64,000 nucleotides of DNA from an uncultured archaeon (GCA_964473825.1 CAYYQL010000002.1:1-64000), one strand, 5' to 3'. Shown: positions 30,320 to 39,697, counted from the stretch's first letter. Notes: generated by a model not told the origin, from the sequence alone. Numbers and translations: made by a program.

Positions 30320-31174
30320 ATGAAAGATTTACCCCCTGAAGCCATCGAGGCACTCCGAGGATTCCTAGACGAGGATGTCAGGTCTGGAGACCTGACCACT
30401 GAATTGATGGGGCCGTTGGCTGCAGAGGCGACTGGTACCGTCTATGCAAAGTGCAAGACAATTGTGGCGGGAGTCAAGGAAGCAGTGGCCCTTGCCGACA
30501 TGGTTGGACTTGAACACAAGATACTGGCAGTTGAGGGTGACTGGGTATCACCCGGTGCGGCAATATTGGAGTTGAGGGGAGAAGCGGAAGCTCTTCTGAT
30601 AGTCGAGAGGGTGACTCTCAACATAATGATGAGAATGAGTGGTATAGCAACCAAGGTCAACAACATGCTTGAGGCTGCTCGAAGAGGAAATCCCTCCATT
30701 ATTGTTGCAGCCACAAGGAAGACAACTCCCGGATTCAGGTTCTTTGAGAAACGAGCAGTACAGATTGGCGGCGGAGATACCCACCGTTACGCACTTGATG
30801 ATATGGTGCTGATCAAGAACAACCACATCTCGGCAATGGGAGGGGTTTCTGAAGCAGTCCGTGCTGCAACAGAGGGGGTCTCCTTCACGAAGAAAATCTC
30901 ATGCGAAGTCAGATCACTGAGCGAAACAATAGAAGCTATAGAAACCGGAGCAGACATCGTGCTTCTAGACAATCTAACACCGGACCAGATCAGGAGCATT
31001 CAAGGTGTATTGGAGGAAAGAGGACTAAGAGAGGGGATCATCCTTGAAGGTTCCGGGGGTATAGATGAGGTCAATGTCGAAGAATATGCCAAGAGCGGTC
31101 TTGATATCATCTCTTCGGGAGCTCTGACACACTCCTATGTTTCCGCAGATTTGAACATGATACTACAGCTGTGA
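30320..31174 (+). CDS. nadC: quinolinate phosphoribosyltransferase
   Basis: GDLTT, ATRKTTPG, GGGDTHR, LLDN, EGSGGI. Confidence 0.95.
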   Translation: MKDLPPEAIEALRGFLDEDVRSGDLTTELMGPLAAEATGTVYAKCKTIVAGVKEAVALADMVGLEHKILAVEGDWVSPGAAILELRGEAEALLIVERVTLNIMMRMSGIATKVNNMLEAARRGNPSIIVAATRKTTPGFRFFEKRAVQIGGGDTHRYALDDMVLIKNNHISAMGGVSEAVRAATEGVSFTKKISCEVRSLSETIEAIETGADIVLLDNLTPDQIRSIQGVLEERGLREGIILEGSGGIDEVNVEEYAKSGLDIISSGALTHSYVSADLNMILQL

Positions 31175-31190
31175 TAAGGAAGAGATCGTG

Positions 31191-31268
31191 TGGTGCCCCG
31201 GCCGGGATTTGAACCCGGGTCGTCGGATCGAAAGTCCGAGATGCTGGGCCGAGCTACACTACCGGGGC
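31191..31268 (-). tRNA. tRNA-Glu (TTC), CCA encoded
   Basis: reverse complement GCCCCGGTAGTGTAG...TCGGA CTTTCGA TCCGA...GGTTCAAATCCCGGCCGGGGCACCA folds as a cloverleaf. Confidence 0.95.
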
Positions 31269-31319
31269 CTATTCGCAGCAAACCCGGAATTCAGGTTATT
31301 AACATTGCGCAAGTGCCCA

Positions 31320-31820
31320 TCACTGGATTGCTCGCGAAGAAGCCTCTGGTGATTTTCGTTCGTTCGATTCTTGAGAGGGAAGGTCAACGGATGTGGCACT
31401 GGACACTTCCCCCCTAACAGGTTGTGTCATGCTGGTTGTGTCATTGTTGGCTTGGAGAGTGGCCAGGTTTCCCTTGCGCAAGAGTAGCGCGGCGTCGATT
31501 ATCCGAGCAATATCTATGGAATCAGCAGTTCGCTCCGAAAGAGCACGGAAAAGGAACGACCTGAGATCATCTAGGTCTGGAACTCCGGAGAGGGTGCTAG
31601 AGCGGGCCACCATCGTAGGCACGGTCATGATGCCGTAGGCCTTGGCAACTCTTGCATAGCTATCTACATCGATTTCACATACCAGACTATCTTTTCCAAA
31701 GAGATCTTCTTCCTCGACTATCATATCCTTCAGAAGGTCGCACCACGTGCAGTCTTTCGATGTGAACAGGAGAATCATCACTAGGCCCAAGTCCTTTTCC
31801 AGTTGTCCTGATATTGCCAT
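31320..31820 (-). CDS. thioredoxin-family protein
   Basis: FTSKDCTWC, EIDVD, YGIMTVPT; start uncertain. Confidence 0.75.
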   Translation of the reverse strand: MAISGQLEKDLGLVMILLFTSKDCTWCDLLKDMIVEEEDLFGKDSLVCEIDVDSYARVAKAYGIMTVPTMVARSSTLSGVPDLDDLRSFLFRALSERTADSIDIARIIDAALLLRKGNLATLQANNDTTSMTQPVRGEVSSATSVDLPSQESNERKSPEASSRAIQ

Positions 31821-31991
31821 TTAAGGTCGGACTCGCAGAGGATATTGTATATCCAGGAGGCGGTCTACTGCACGCGGCCTCGTCAAACTGGGCGCGCAAT
31901 GACTGTCTGTAAATAGGTCCGGACAAATCCAAGCATTCACCATCTTTCGCAAGCTTAATATCGACAACTCGGGGGCATGATTCTGGATAAC

Positions 31992-32068
31992 GGGCCCATA
32001 GCTCAGCTTGGTAGAGCGGCAGGCTCATAACCTGTCGGCCAAGGGTTCAAGTCCCTTTGGGCCCACCA
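31992..32068 (+). tRNA. tRNA with CAT anticodon, most likely tRNA-Ile2
   Basis: GGGCCCATAGCTCAG...GCAGG CTCATAA CCTGT...GGTTCAAGTCCCTTTGGGCCCACCA; GGGCCC acceptor is typical of archaeal Ile tRNAs. Confidence 0.9.
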
Positions 32069-32153
32069 TTCTTTCTCTCTTTGAATAGAGAATCTCACCT
32101 ATCATACTCGAAAATGAGATAAACCCATGATGTGCCTTCTCTGAAGAGGCGTA

Positions 32154-32942
32154 ATGATGCAGATGCTGTCAGATCCAGTCATTATGGGCATAGTTGCTAG
32201 TCTGGTAGCGGGCGCTGCGACCGGACTTGGGGCCATTCCGGTTCTACTAGGTGGCAAGTTCAGTCAGAAGACTCTAGATATCATGCTTGGTTTCGCAGCT
32301 GGGGTCATGCTTGCAGCTTCAGCATTCAGTCTCTTGGTTCCTGCGTATGAGATGGTTGTTGATTGGGTGGGAGTTCTTAGCGTTGTAGGACTTGGATTCG
32401 CTCTTGGTGGAGTCTTTGTCCATGAGGCGGACAAACATGTTCCCCATGAGCACTTTCAGAAAGGACATGAGGGGCCATCATCCTCCCTTGCAAGGGTATG
32501 GCTTCTGATTCTTGCCATAACCATTCACAACTTCCCGGAGGGCCTTGCCGTAGGTGTCGCTTTTGGCACAGATGACGTCTTGACAGGAATCTCGGTTGCC
32601 GTGGCCATAGGCCTGCAGAATATACCGGAAGGACTAGCAGTGGCTGCGCCATTAGTACGAGAGGGGTACTCTAGGAGATATGCGGCAGGACTTGCTCTGC
32701 TTACAGGTCTTGTTGAGCCAATAGGAGGAATAATTGGTGTTTCGATTGTGACAGTTGCAGCATTCCTGTTGCCCTATGGACTGGCTTTTGCAGCAGGAGC
32801 CATGATATTTGTGGTTAGTGACGAGATGGTACCAGAGAGCCATGTGGGAGGACATGCTCGTGAGGCGACATGGGGGATTATGGTGGGATTTCTGATAATG
32901 ATGACTCTGGACAATATCTTCGCTTTTATCTTTGCAGGATAG
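32154..32942 (+). CDS. ZIP family metal transporter
   Basis: GFAAGVML, HNFPEGLAVG, QNIPEG, AAGAMI. Confidence 0.93.
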   Translation: MMQMLSDPVIMGIVASLVAGAATGLGAIPVLLGGKFSQKTLDIMLGFAAGVMLAASAFSLLVPAYEMVVDWVGVLSVVGLGFALGGVFVHEADKHVPHEHFQKGHEGPSSSLARVWLLILAITIHNFPEGLAVGVAFGTDDVLTGISVAVAIGLQNIPEGLAVAAPLVREGYSRRYAAGLALLTGLVEPIGGIIGVSIVTVAAFLLPYGLAFAAGAMIFVVSDEMVPESHVGGHAREATWGIMVGFLIMMTLDNIFAFIFAG

Positions 32943-33142
32943 GTTAGGCGACCAGAGGGCATACAAGCAGGGAGAGGGGGCTATGCTGCAGACTGGCAGG
33001 AAGAGGGAACAAAAAAGAAACGATAGGATGTCTCCAGCCAGTGTCAACGTAACCAATGCGCGAAGGCGAATATCCATCACTGGTCAAAGGAATGACGCCC
33101 TAGTTATCGACAAATCGACGAGATAGATGCAGAATCGGCTAA

Positions 33143-33760
33143 CTATAGCCATTCGATCTGATCAAGGTATGGACTGAGGCCGCGTGAAACCTTGGTCTTT
33201 GTTTTGAATTTAGTGTCTGCGGTGAGTTTGATGTCTGAATCCAAGTCAAGCGTTCTCAGATTCGGGCACCGGAATAGTGCAGAAACATCCATTGCACTTA
33301 TGTCGTTCTTGGTCAGGGTCAACGTACGGAGTTTTGGGCAATTCTTTAGGGGTGAAGGGTCAATGGCGCTCAGCTTGTTTTCATAGAGGTGCAGGGATCT
33401 GAGGTTCTTACAGGAAGACAGCGGGGTCAAGTCTATGTCCCTGAGTCGATTGAAGGAGAGTCCTAAGTACGTGAGGTCAGGACATGCTCTGAGAGGTCCT
33501 AGGTCAATTGCAGTGAGCTCGTTTCCGCCCAGAGAGAGTTCAACCAGTGACGGACACTGCTCTAGGACTGAGAGGTCAATACTCTCAAGCTCATTCCCTG
33601 ACAGAGTGAGAACCTCGAGATTCGGAAACTCTTCCAGTGGCGACAGGTCAGTGGATCCAATCCGTTTGTCATTCAAATCCACTACAGTAGTGCTTGGGTC
33701 GAATCGCTCGACCACTTTTCCGCCTTTCTTGGTTTCGCTCCAGATAGTAATCTCATCCAT
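33143..33760 (-). CDS. leucine-rich repeat protein
   Basis: about six 22-aa repeats LxxLxLxxNxLxxIDLxPLxxCP. Confidence 0.9.
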   Translation of the reverse strand: MDEITIWSETKKGGKVVERFDPSTTVVDLNDKRIGSTDLSPLEEFPNLEVLTLSGNELESIDLSVLEQCPSLVELSLGGNELTAIDLGPLRACPDLTYLGLSFNRLRDIDLTPLSSCKNLRSLHLYENKLSAIDPSPLKNCPKLRTLTLTKNDISAMDVSALFRCPNLRTLDLDSDIKLTADTKFKTKTKVSRGLSPYLDQIEWL

Positions 33761-33943
33761 GTGTACCGAGTCCCTGAGAGTCGTTATGGCGCTCCCTAAT
33801 AAAGTGACGTTACGAACCAAGAAGGCGACGGAGCATCACCACTCACTGGAAGATTAGATTGACCGATCTGTAGCACTCCGTCTATGTCTTTCCTCTCAGC
33901 CAACAGGTGTAGTGGGATTCTTACCTAGACGGTTGTATGCAGA

Positions 33944-34165
33944 CTACTTGACAGCACCCACTATCAATAAGATGACTCCAAGACCCGTGAGTCCAAGCAT
34001 CACCTCAGTGAAGTTGTATCCTGCAAGAGCGATGGAATAGATGCCTTGGTCAAAGTAGACAAGTATTGCACTCAGGTCCACGTACGCTGTGAGAAATGTA
34101 GCCCAAATCGGTAGTAGTCCTGCTATGATTAATAGCAGACCCAGAATAGCTAAGCCTTTACCCAT
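33944..34165 (-). CDS. small 2-TM membrane protein
   Basis: 73 aa with two hydrophobic helices. Confidence 0.6.
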   Translation of the reverse strand: MGKGLAILGLLLIIAGLLPIWATFLTAYVDLSAILVYFDQGIYSIALAGYNFTEVMLGLTGLGVILLIVGAVK

Positions 34166-34286
34166 GTTCAGTCCTCAGTTTCGTTTCGCAATGTACGTAC
34201 AAACAGCTATATCAGCTGTTCGGATTCTGGGCCGCCTGTCTTCTGCGTTCCTTCATGGAACGCTGGCCCAGAAGTAGCCGAATCTT

Positions 34287-34849
34287 CTATGGTCTGAAGT
34301 GCTTGCCAACCTCCCAAGCATCTGCAAGACATTCGCCAACGGTCCAGTATCGGTTATCAGGCATTGTGAGGACAACAAGATTTGCCTTCCTGATATCGAG
34401 TCCATCTTCAGTGAGGAATCGTTCCTCGGAGTATGCCTCTACTGCTTCTCCAAGGACCAGATAGTTCGTGGGTAGCTCTACAATGTCAAGGACTCTGCAT
34501 TCGATTGCCAAGGGACATCCCTCTATCATGGGTGCTCCTTCGAGTGTGCCATAGAAGACATCGAAGACGTCTGATTTGTCGATCTTACTCCCCGAGCCCA
34601 GACGCAATAGTCGGTCTTTGTGATCATCTCTGCAGTGGGGAAGTTGATGCTGAACTCGCGATTCTCGTGTATACCGTTCATGGTGAAGTGGCGCTTCGCG
34701 ATGCTCGCGGCCCAGATTGGGGGTTTGTTGTTCACCCGAGCAATCCATGCCACAGCCATGAAATTGACACGTCCCTCTACCTTTGTACCAACCAGCGTGA
34801 CCGACATGGGGCAGGGGGTCACCCGTGTTCCCATCCTGACATGATTCAT
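34287..34849 (-). pseudogene. flavin reductase-like (flavoredoxin) gene with a 1-nt frameshift
   Basis: N-half (NFMAVAW..FSINFP..TDYC) and C-half (LGSGSKIDKS..APMIEGCPLAIEC) lie in different frames; one extra G near 34603 restores DYCGLGSG. Confidence 0.8.
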
Positions 34850-35061
34850 TCTACAGACCTCTACCATGTATCTGGACCAGACTGTCTTTTAGGCTATATG
34901 CCCGGCCCAGTACGCTAACTCTACAACATAGTGACAACAGTGCCCCTTGTAGTTTCTGTCGCATGGGTCTGAGCAATTCAATCAGCAAGAGTGAAAACCT
35001 AGAGAATCTCTCTTTTCCTTACTCAGTTGGTTTACCGACTTTTGGCCACTCTTCTGAGGGC

Positions 35062-35436
35062 CTAGCATTTATTGCATTCACCGTTATGCAAAACCAGCAC
35101 TTTGCACTCTTCAATTATACCTGCAAAGGCCTGGTAGAAGTAACATGCTGATTCACGTCTTGCCTCTTTGCCGGACTCGGTCAACCTGTAGAATATCTCT
35201 CGGCCATCTTGATGGCCCTCAATGTAGCCTTCTCCTCTGAGGTTCGCTAATGCAGGATAGATTGTCCCCGGAGTTGGCTTTGTGCCGCGCCGTTCCGCAA
35301 TCTTCTCTGCAATCTGTTGACCGGTAAGAGCTTCCTTTCCTAGCTCCCATAGAATTTGGAACGTGAGAAACCCTCTCATGTCACAGCAGTCTGGAGGACA
35401 GCAGAGCTCATTCTCATTTCCAGTTTCATCTGTCAT
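35062..35436 (-). CDS. PadR-family transcriptional regulator with Cys-rich termini
   Basis: PGTIYPAL..L..EG.I...YRLTESG; CCPPDCCDMRG and C-terminal CNKC. Confidence 0.88.
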   Translation of the reverse strand: MTDETGNENELCCPPDCCDMRGFLTFQILWELGKEALTGQQIAEKIAERRGTKPTPGTIYPALANLRGEGYIEGHQDGREIFYRLTESGKEARRESACYFYQAFAGIIEECKVLVLHNGECNKC

Positions 35437-35492
35437 TAGGTGATGTCTCCGGACCAATGGTTCTCTAACGAGCTGACAGCGTGCACAACCTT

Positions 35493-35533
35493 TTTATAAA
35501 TATTGGGCGCCCAATATATTGGATATCCGATAT
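35493..35533 (+). promoter_or_regulatory. TATA box followed by two tandem palindromic operator candidates
   Basis: TTTATAAA (35493-35500); ATATTGGGCGCCCAATAT (35500-35517, perfect); ATATTGGATATCCGATAT (35516-35533). Confidence 0.65.
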
Positions 35534-35581
35534 AATCTCTGTTTGGTGGTTCTATTGAATCGTGAGAGAAAGGTCAGCGAA

Positions 35582-36415
35582 ATGACTCCAGACGAAATCA
35601 AACAAGAAGTGAGTAGGAAATACTCCGAGGTTGCAGCACGTGGCAGGTCTCACAGAGGCACAGACTGCTGTAGTCCACATAAGTTGGATGGACGAAGTGA
35701 AGCGCAGACTTCCTGCTGTGATACCCATGCGACGACGACCATGCACATAACCGACTGTTACAGTAGTCCCGAGTCATTGCAGCCGACAGAATATGCCAAA
35801 TCAATCGGCTACGAAGTTAGTGGGCTACCGCGAGCAGCGACCGAATCGTTTGCCGGTTGTGGGAACCCGGTGGCGTTGGCGATGCTTCAAGAAGGGAAAA
35901 CAGTGGTTGACTTCGGATCCGGCGCAGGTCTGGATGTATTCGTTGCTGCGGAGAAGGTCGGGGCAACTGGACGCGTTATCGGCATTGACATGACACCTGA
36001 GATGCTTGAAAGCGCCCGAAAGAGCGCAATTGAGATGGGGGTCACCAATGTCGAATTCAGAGCGGGAGACATTGAAGACTTGCCTATTGATGACAGTTCG
36101 GTCGATGTGATTATCAGCAACTGTGTGATCAACCTTGCCCCGAACAAGGCCAGCGTCTTCGAGGAGGCGTATCGGATACTCCGTCCAGGCGGGAGGATAC
36201 TGATTTCTGACATCGTTCTTGAAGAGGATCTCTCACTGGAGGAGCGTGACAGTCTGGCTAACTACACTGGCTGTCTTGGGGGAGCAATCCTCGAACAGGA
36301 ATATCTCAGACTCATTCGGAAGGCAGGATTTGAGAGAATCAGTGTTTTGGATCGTACGGGCTATGGTCGGGCTATCAGTGCTAAGATAAGAGCATACAAA
36401 CCACCTATAGACTAG
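35582..36415 (+). CDS. arsM: arsenite S-adenosylmethyltransferase
   Basis: GCGNP, DFGSGAGLD, GIDMT, SNCVINL, GCLGGA; N-terminal CC pairs. Confidence 0.9.
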   Translation: MTPDEIKQEVSRKYSEVAARGRSHRGTDCCSPHKLDGRSEAQTSCCDTHATTTMHITDCYSSPESLQPTEYAKSIGYEVSGLPRAATESFAGCGNPVALAMLQEGKTVVDFGSGAGLDVFVAAEKVGATGRVIGIDMTPEMLESARKSAIEMGVTNVEFRAGDIEDLPIDDSSVDVIISNCVINLAPNKASVFEEAYRILRPGGRILISDIVLEEDLSLEERDSLANYTGCLGGAILEQEYLRLIRKAGFERISVLDRTGYGRAISAKIRAYKPPID

Positions 36416-36854
36416 AACCGGCGAACAGCGTCTACTCAGACAAGAAACAGGATGTGTGCGATTCTGTGACTGAAAAGATCACTTGTTCCTCCAAGAGTCT
36501 ACTGCATCCATGCATATGATAGCAACGCTCTATGCCGCGCGGTCATAGCTTCTGGTGTATCGCCACAGAACAATACAGCCTACCACTACGATGGGAACTA
36601 CGATGAGGACAGCCAGAAGAAAGGGGTCTGGACCTAGAGGTGGTAAAACGACATCCTGCAAAGCTATCACTCCCAGCCATGAATCAGAGAGTGTGCTATT
36701 ACGCTTTCTACCGTGTGTCAGGAAGTGTTCAGAGTACTGTTGCCAAGCGCTCCATAGCGAGCAATCAGAGATTCGCCCATTGACAATGTGACGGAGTTCT
36801 TGTATCGGGATAGCAATCTTAATATTCAATCCGTGGCCGTTCTGCGTTGCACTT

Positions 36855-37050
36855 GCCGCCGTGGCTCAGCCGGTAGTTGTTGTTCCTCTTGAGGAGCAGC
36901 AGCTGAAAGCGACAACGCCTTGCACTCCGCAATGCGGCGCTCTAGCCTGTTACCTTTCGGTCAGGTGGCCGAGAGCCAGACAGTTGTAGTGCATCACGCT
37001 TCGTGATGTGCGACGTATGGTCCCAGGTTCAAGTCCTGGCGGCGGCGCCA
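36855..37050 (+). tRNA. tRNA-Asn (GTT) with four introns at 22/23, 28/29, 37/38 and 43/44
   Basis: exons 36855-36876, 36908-36913, 36944-36952, 36982-36987 and 37018-37050 join into a 76-nt cloverleaf; each intron has BHB-like geometry. Confidence 0.85.
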
Positions 37051-37360
37051 TTCTTCTCCGAGTCTACTACTTGAATGACACTCAATGTCTAGTCCCTTCA
37101 TCTGGAAACGAGTAGGAAGCCTTCCCCAGAGGACACTTCAGACTCTAAGCAAATAGGATTTGACCCTTGGGAATCTGGTCTATAAGTCAGAACCATGCTT
37201 CTCAGTCCAAGACTTTCATGGAGAATCCTCTAGGCAAAGAACTGCGACCAATACTCTTCTTTGAACTCCCCATCATAGTACTTCTTGTACATCTCTTTCA
37301 GATCGTGCAGGATGAGACTGTTGGTTTCCAGGATGTCTACCATATCTCGAGGATAGGCGC

Positions 37361-37687
37361 ATGATCACAAAGGAGTCCATGCCTGACTCACGGACCCAGC
37401 TGTATGGGGGGCAGACTATACCTTTCCTCGACGGTTTTAGAGTATCTCTTGAAACGGCTGAGCGATTCATCAAGAGCAGAACGGAAGTCATAGACCACAT
37501 ACTAGATGCGTGGGAAAACCTGCTGAGAGCAGTCAAGGAAACGCCAGAGGCCAAGAAGCTCAAAGAGGTGGTTTCTGTCTTCTCAGTTTGGCTTGGAAGC
37601 TATCAGGACTTGCTTACCGACTTCAATGAACGCTTCAACGAGCGAATAGAGGATCTTGAGAAAGACCTACTGCTGTTGAAGTTCTAG
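37361..37687 (+). CDS. hypothetical protein (possibly a fragment)
   Basis: 108-aa helical-looking ORF, no recognised motif. Confidence 0.45.
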   Translation: MITKESMPDSRTQLYGGQTIPFLDGFRVSLETAERFIKSRTEVIDHILDAWENLLRAVKETPEAKKLKEVVSVFSVWLGSYQDLLTDFNERFNERIEDLEKDLLLLKF

Positions 37688-37816
37688 CCTGCTGGCTGTG
37701 ATGGAGCTCGAAGTAGATGAGAGGTACTGGGTCGGGAACACATTCCCTGATACGAAAAAAGGACAGGCATGTTGTAACCACAATGTCCAAAAGCACAGGG
37801 CTTCAAAATGGTTTAG

Positions 37817-38230
37817 TTGAGAATCATGAAGACAATAGGATATTTCGATGGGACCGACTCTACGCTCCTGACAAAGCTTGTGGCTCTGGGATACAGTACC
37901 ATGCCATTGGCCAATGACTACGATGAGGCCGGGAAGCCTTCGGCACATCTAGAACCGGGAAACGTTGACATCATCATTGGATATCTGCACAAACTGACTC
38001 CAGTATCAAGGAAGAAACCACCCTCAACCGGTAGCAGTATGGGGAAACGCAAAGACATGAAACCTATCGAACTGCTCTATCCGGCCAAGACGTACGACAT
38101 TCCGGTCATTGTCATTGTGCCCGCAAACCACCATAAGGCCGCAAAGGAAATCCTCGGAGAAGCCGCGGAATTCGTTAAGATTGTGACCCCAGATGAACTC
38201 GAAGAGAGGGTTCTAGAACAACTCAAGTAG
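37817..38230 (+). CDS. hypothetical alpha/beta protein
   Basis: 137-aa ORF with protein-like composition and a downstream hairpin. Confidence 0.65.
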   Translation: MRIMKTIGYFDGTDSTLLTKLVALGYSTMPLANDYDEAGKPSAHLEPGNVDIIIGYLHKLTPVSRKKPPSTGSSMGKRKDMKPIELLYPAKTYDIPVIVIVPANHHKAAKEILGEAAEFVKIVTPDELEERVLEQLK

Positions 38231-38262
38231 TGGCTAGTGAAAAGCGCGGGCAGTGTGACTCA

Positions 38263-38286
38263 CAGGGGAGTAACATAACTCCCCTC
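38263..38286. terminator. hairpin between convergent genes
   Basis: AGGGGAG(T)...(A)CTCCCCT inverted repeat. Confidence 0.4.
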
Positions 38287-38393
38287 ATCTCATGCCTTCT
38301 CATTCTCGTCTGGTATGAGAGGACCTTCTTCGGACGTATTTCAATGGGTTCCTTTTCCTGTCAAGATGACAACTAGGATAGTACCCACGTTTC

Positions 38394-39104
38394 CTAATAG
38401 AGTAAAATGGTCCCATGCAGCAGTAGAGCTAGTACGACAATAGATAGGATGACATTGAACCGCCGTTTGCCGGTGACAGGAAACGGAACGAAGAAGGCGC
38501 TCTCTTGGATATAGGCAGCATATTCCTCTGGGCGATGCTTCAGCAGGTACTGCTCCTCGGCAATGGCAAGAAAGACATAGGCGAACAGCTCAGCATACCA
38601 GATAGCTATCGCCATCTCCGCGGTGAAGTAACCTAGCACGAATGTATGTGTGATAAGCCATACACTTTTTGTTGTAAGGCTCAGAGTGAACATGACTACG
38701 CCGAGATACTGCGGATGCCGGATGAACCTGTACGGCCCTTTGGTGACAGGGGGTATTTCCCTGTTCAATCTCAGATATAATATGGAGAAGATCAAGAGAG
38801 AGAATCCAATCACGGATATTACAAGCTCGAGTGGAAATCCACCAAAGATGAGAGATACCAGGAAGATGGGTAGCCCAACCAATGTAACGGGAGCAGTGGT
38901 CGCTATTCCAAGTAGATACAGCAGGAAGGGTGCACTCATGCCCAGCGCATAGCCGCCAAATGGAATCGACTGAAAGAGAGGAACTAGGTACCCCATGCCA
39001 TCCAGGAGCTTCTTCGTCAACTTCTGCTTGGGTGCAGGGGACGTGCCCTCCATTCGACTATCATCTCTATTCCTATCTTCTTTGAGGAATAGGCGCGTAG
39101 CCAT
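38394..39104 (-). CDS. isoprenylcysteine carboxyl methyltransferase/PEMT-family membrane protein
   Basis: VTKGPYRFIRHPQY, EEQYL...EEYAAY. Confidence 0.8.
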   Translation of the reverse strand: MATRLFLKEDRNRDDSRMEGTSPAPKQKLTKKLLDGMGYLVPLFQSIPFGGYALGMSAPFLLYLLGIATTAPVTLVGLPIFLVSLIFGGFPLELVISVIGFSLLIFSILYLRLNREIPPVTKGPYRFIRHPQYLGVVMFTLSLTTKSVWLITHTFVLGYFTAEMAIAIWYAELFAYVFLAIAEEQYLLKHRPEEYAAYIQESAFFVPFPVTGKRRFNVILSIVVLALLLHGTILLY

Positions 39105-39292
39105 TTAATCGTGTTGTACAGCAGCAGATTGAGTATGAGTTGTGTAAATGGGATGAATAATTTAGAACACGTGTTCTAGGATTCAGGAAAAAACGGCCTC
39201 CCTAAAAAGAACTATGCGGGCGGAAAGTCTTCCATGTTGAAAGCCCAAGGCTCAAAAGGCCATCTTCATTATAGTTTACTAGAGAGATACCC

Positions 39293-39496
39293 GTGAGTGT
39301 AGCAAAAGTAATCGAACTTGTCGGTCAGTCGGAGAAGAGCTTTGATGATGCTATCGAGAATGCATTGGAGACTGCATCTGAGTCCATCAGAAACATCCAT
39401 GGTCTCGATGTGCTTGACATGACTGCTGACGTTGAAAATGGGAAGATTATCAAGTATAGAGCGAACGTGAAGATAGCCTTCCGGTACGAAGAGTAG
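39293..39496 (+). CDS. dodecin-family protein
   Basis: SVAKVIELVGQSEKSFDDAI...YRANVKIAF. Confidence 0.92.
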   Translation: MSVAKVIELVGQSEKSFDDAIENALETASESIRNIHGLDVLDMTADVENGKIIKYRANVKIAFRYEE

Positions 39497-39505
39497 AAAC
39501 CCAGA

Positions 39506-39538
39506 GAGGGCGGCCCGGCCCTCGTGTTACCTTTTTTT
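39506..39538 (+). terminator. GC hairpin plus T-tract after dodecin
   Basis: GAGGGC-GGCCCG-GCCCTC followed by T7. Confidence 0.5.
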
Positions 39539-39697
39539 GTCTATTCTCCAACCATACTCAATGCCACCTCTTACAGCAGTACGAGGCTGTAGGATCAGGA
39601 CTCAGCAGGATTCTGTAGCCCTTTCGTCATAGGAGCGGTCATCTGTGGGAGTATAGACTGATAATGCTGAAAAGAGCATATCCTGCTCAAGACAGAT

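Noticed and set aside
31992-32068. Initiator or elongator tRNA-Met
   Set aside because: It lacks the A1-U72 pair and GGG/CCC anticodon stem of the initiator, and the GGGCCC acceptor favours Ile2. Elongator Met is not fully excluded.
36530-36829. 99-aa ORF with a C-terminal TM
   Set aside because: It may be a remnant of a surface-protein gene, but there is no supportable family and its start overlaps the likely tRNA promoter.
32069-36854. Integrated element between the tRNAs
   Set aside because: No integrase and no duplicated tRNA end were seen.
36988-37017. Hairpin read as a long variable arm (Sec, Ser or Leu tRNA)
   Set aside because: The GTT anticodon, 7-bp acceptor, BHB spacing and an exact 76-nt product fit an intron in tRNA-Asn better.
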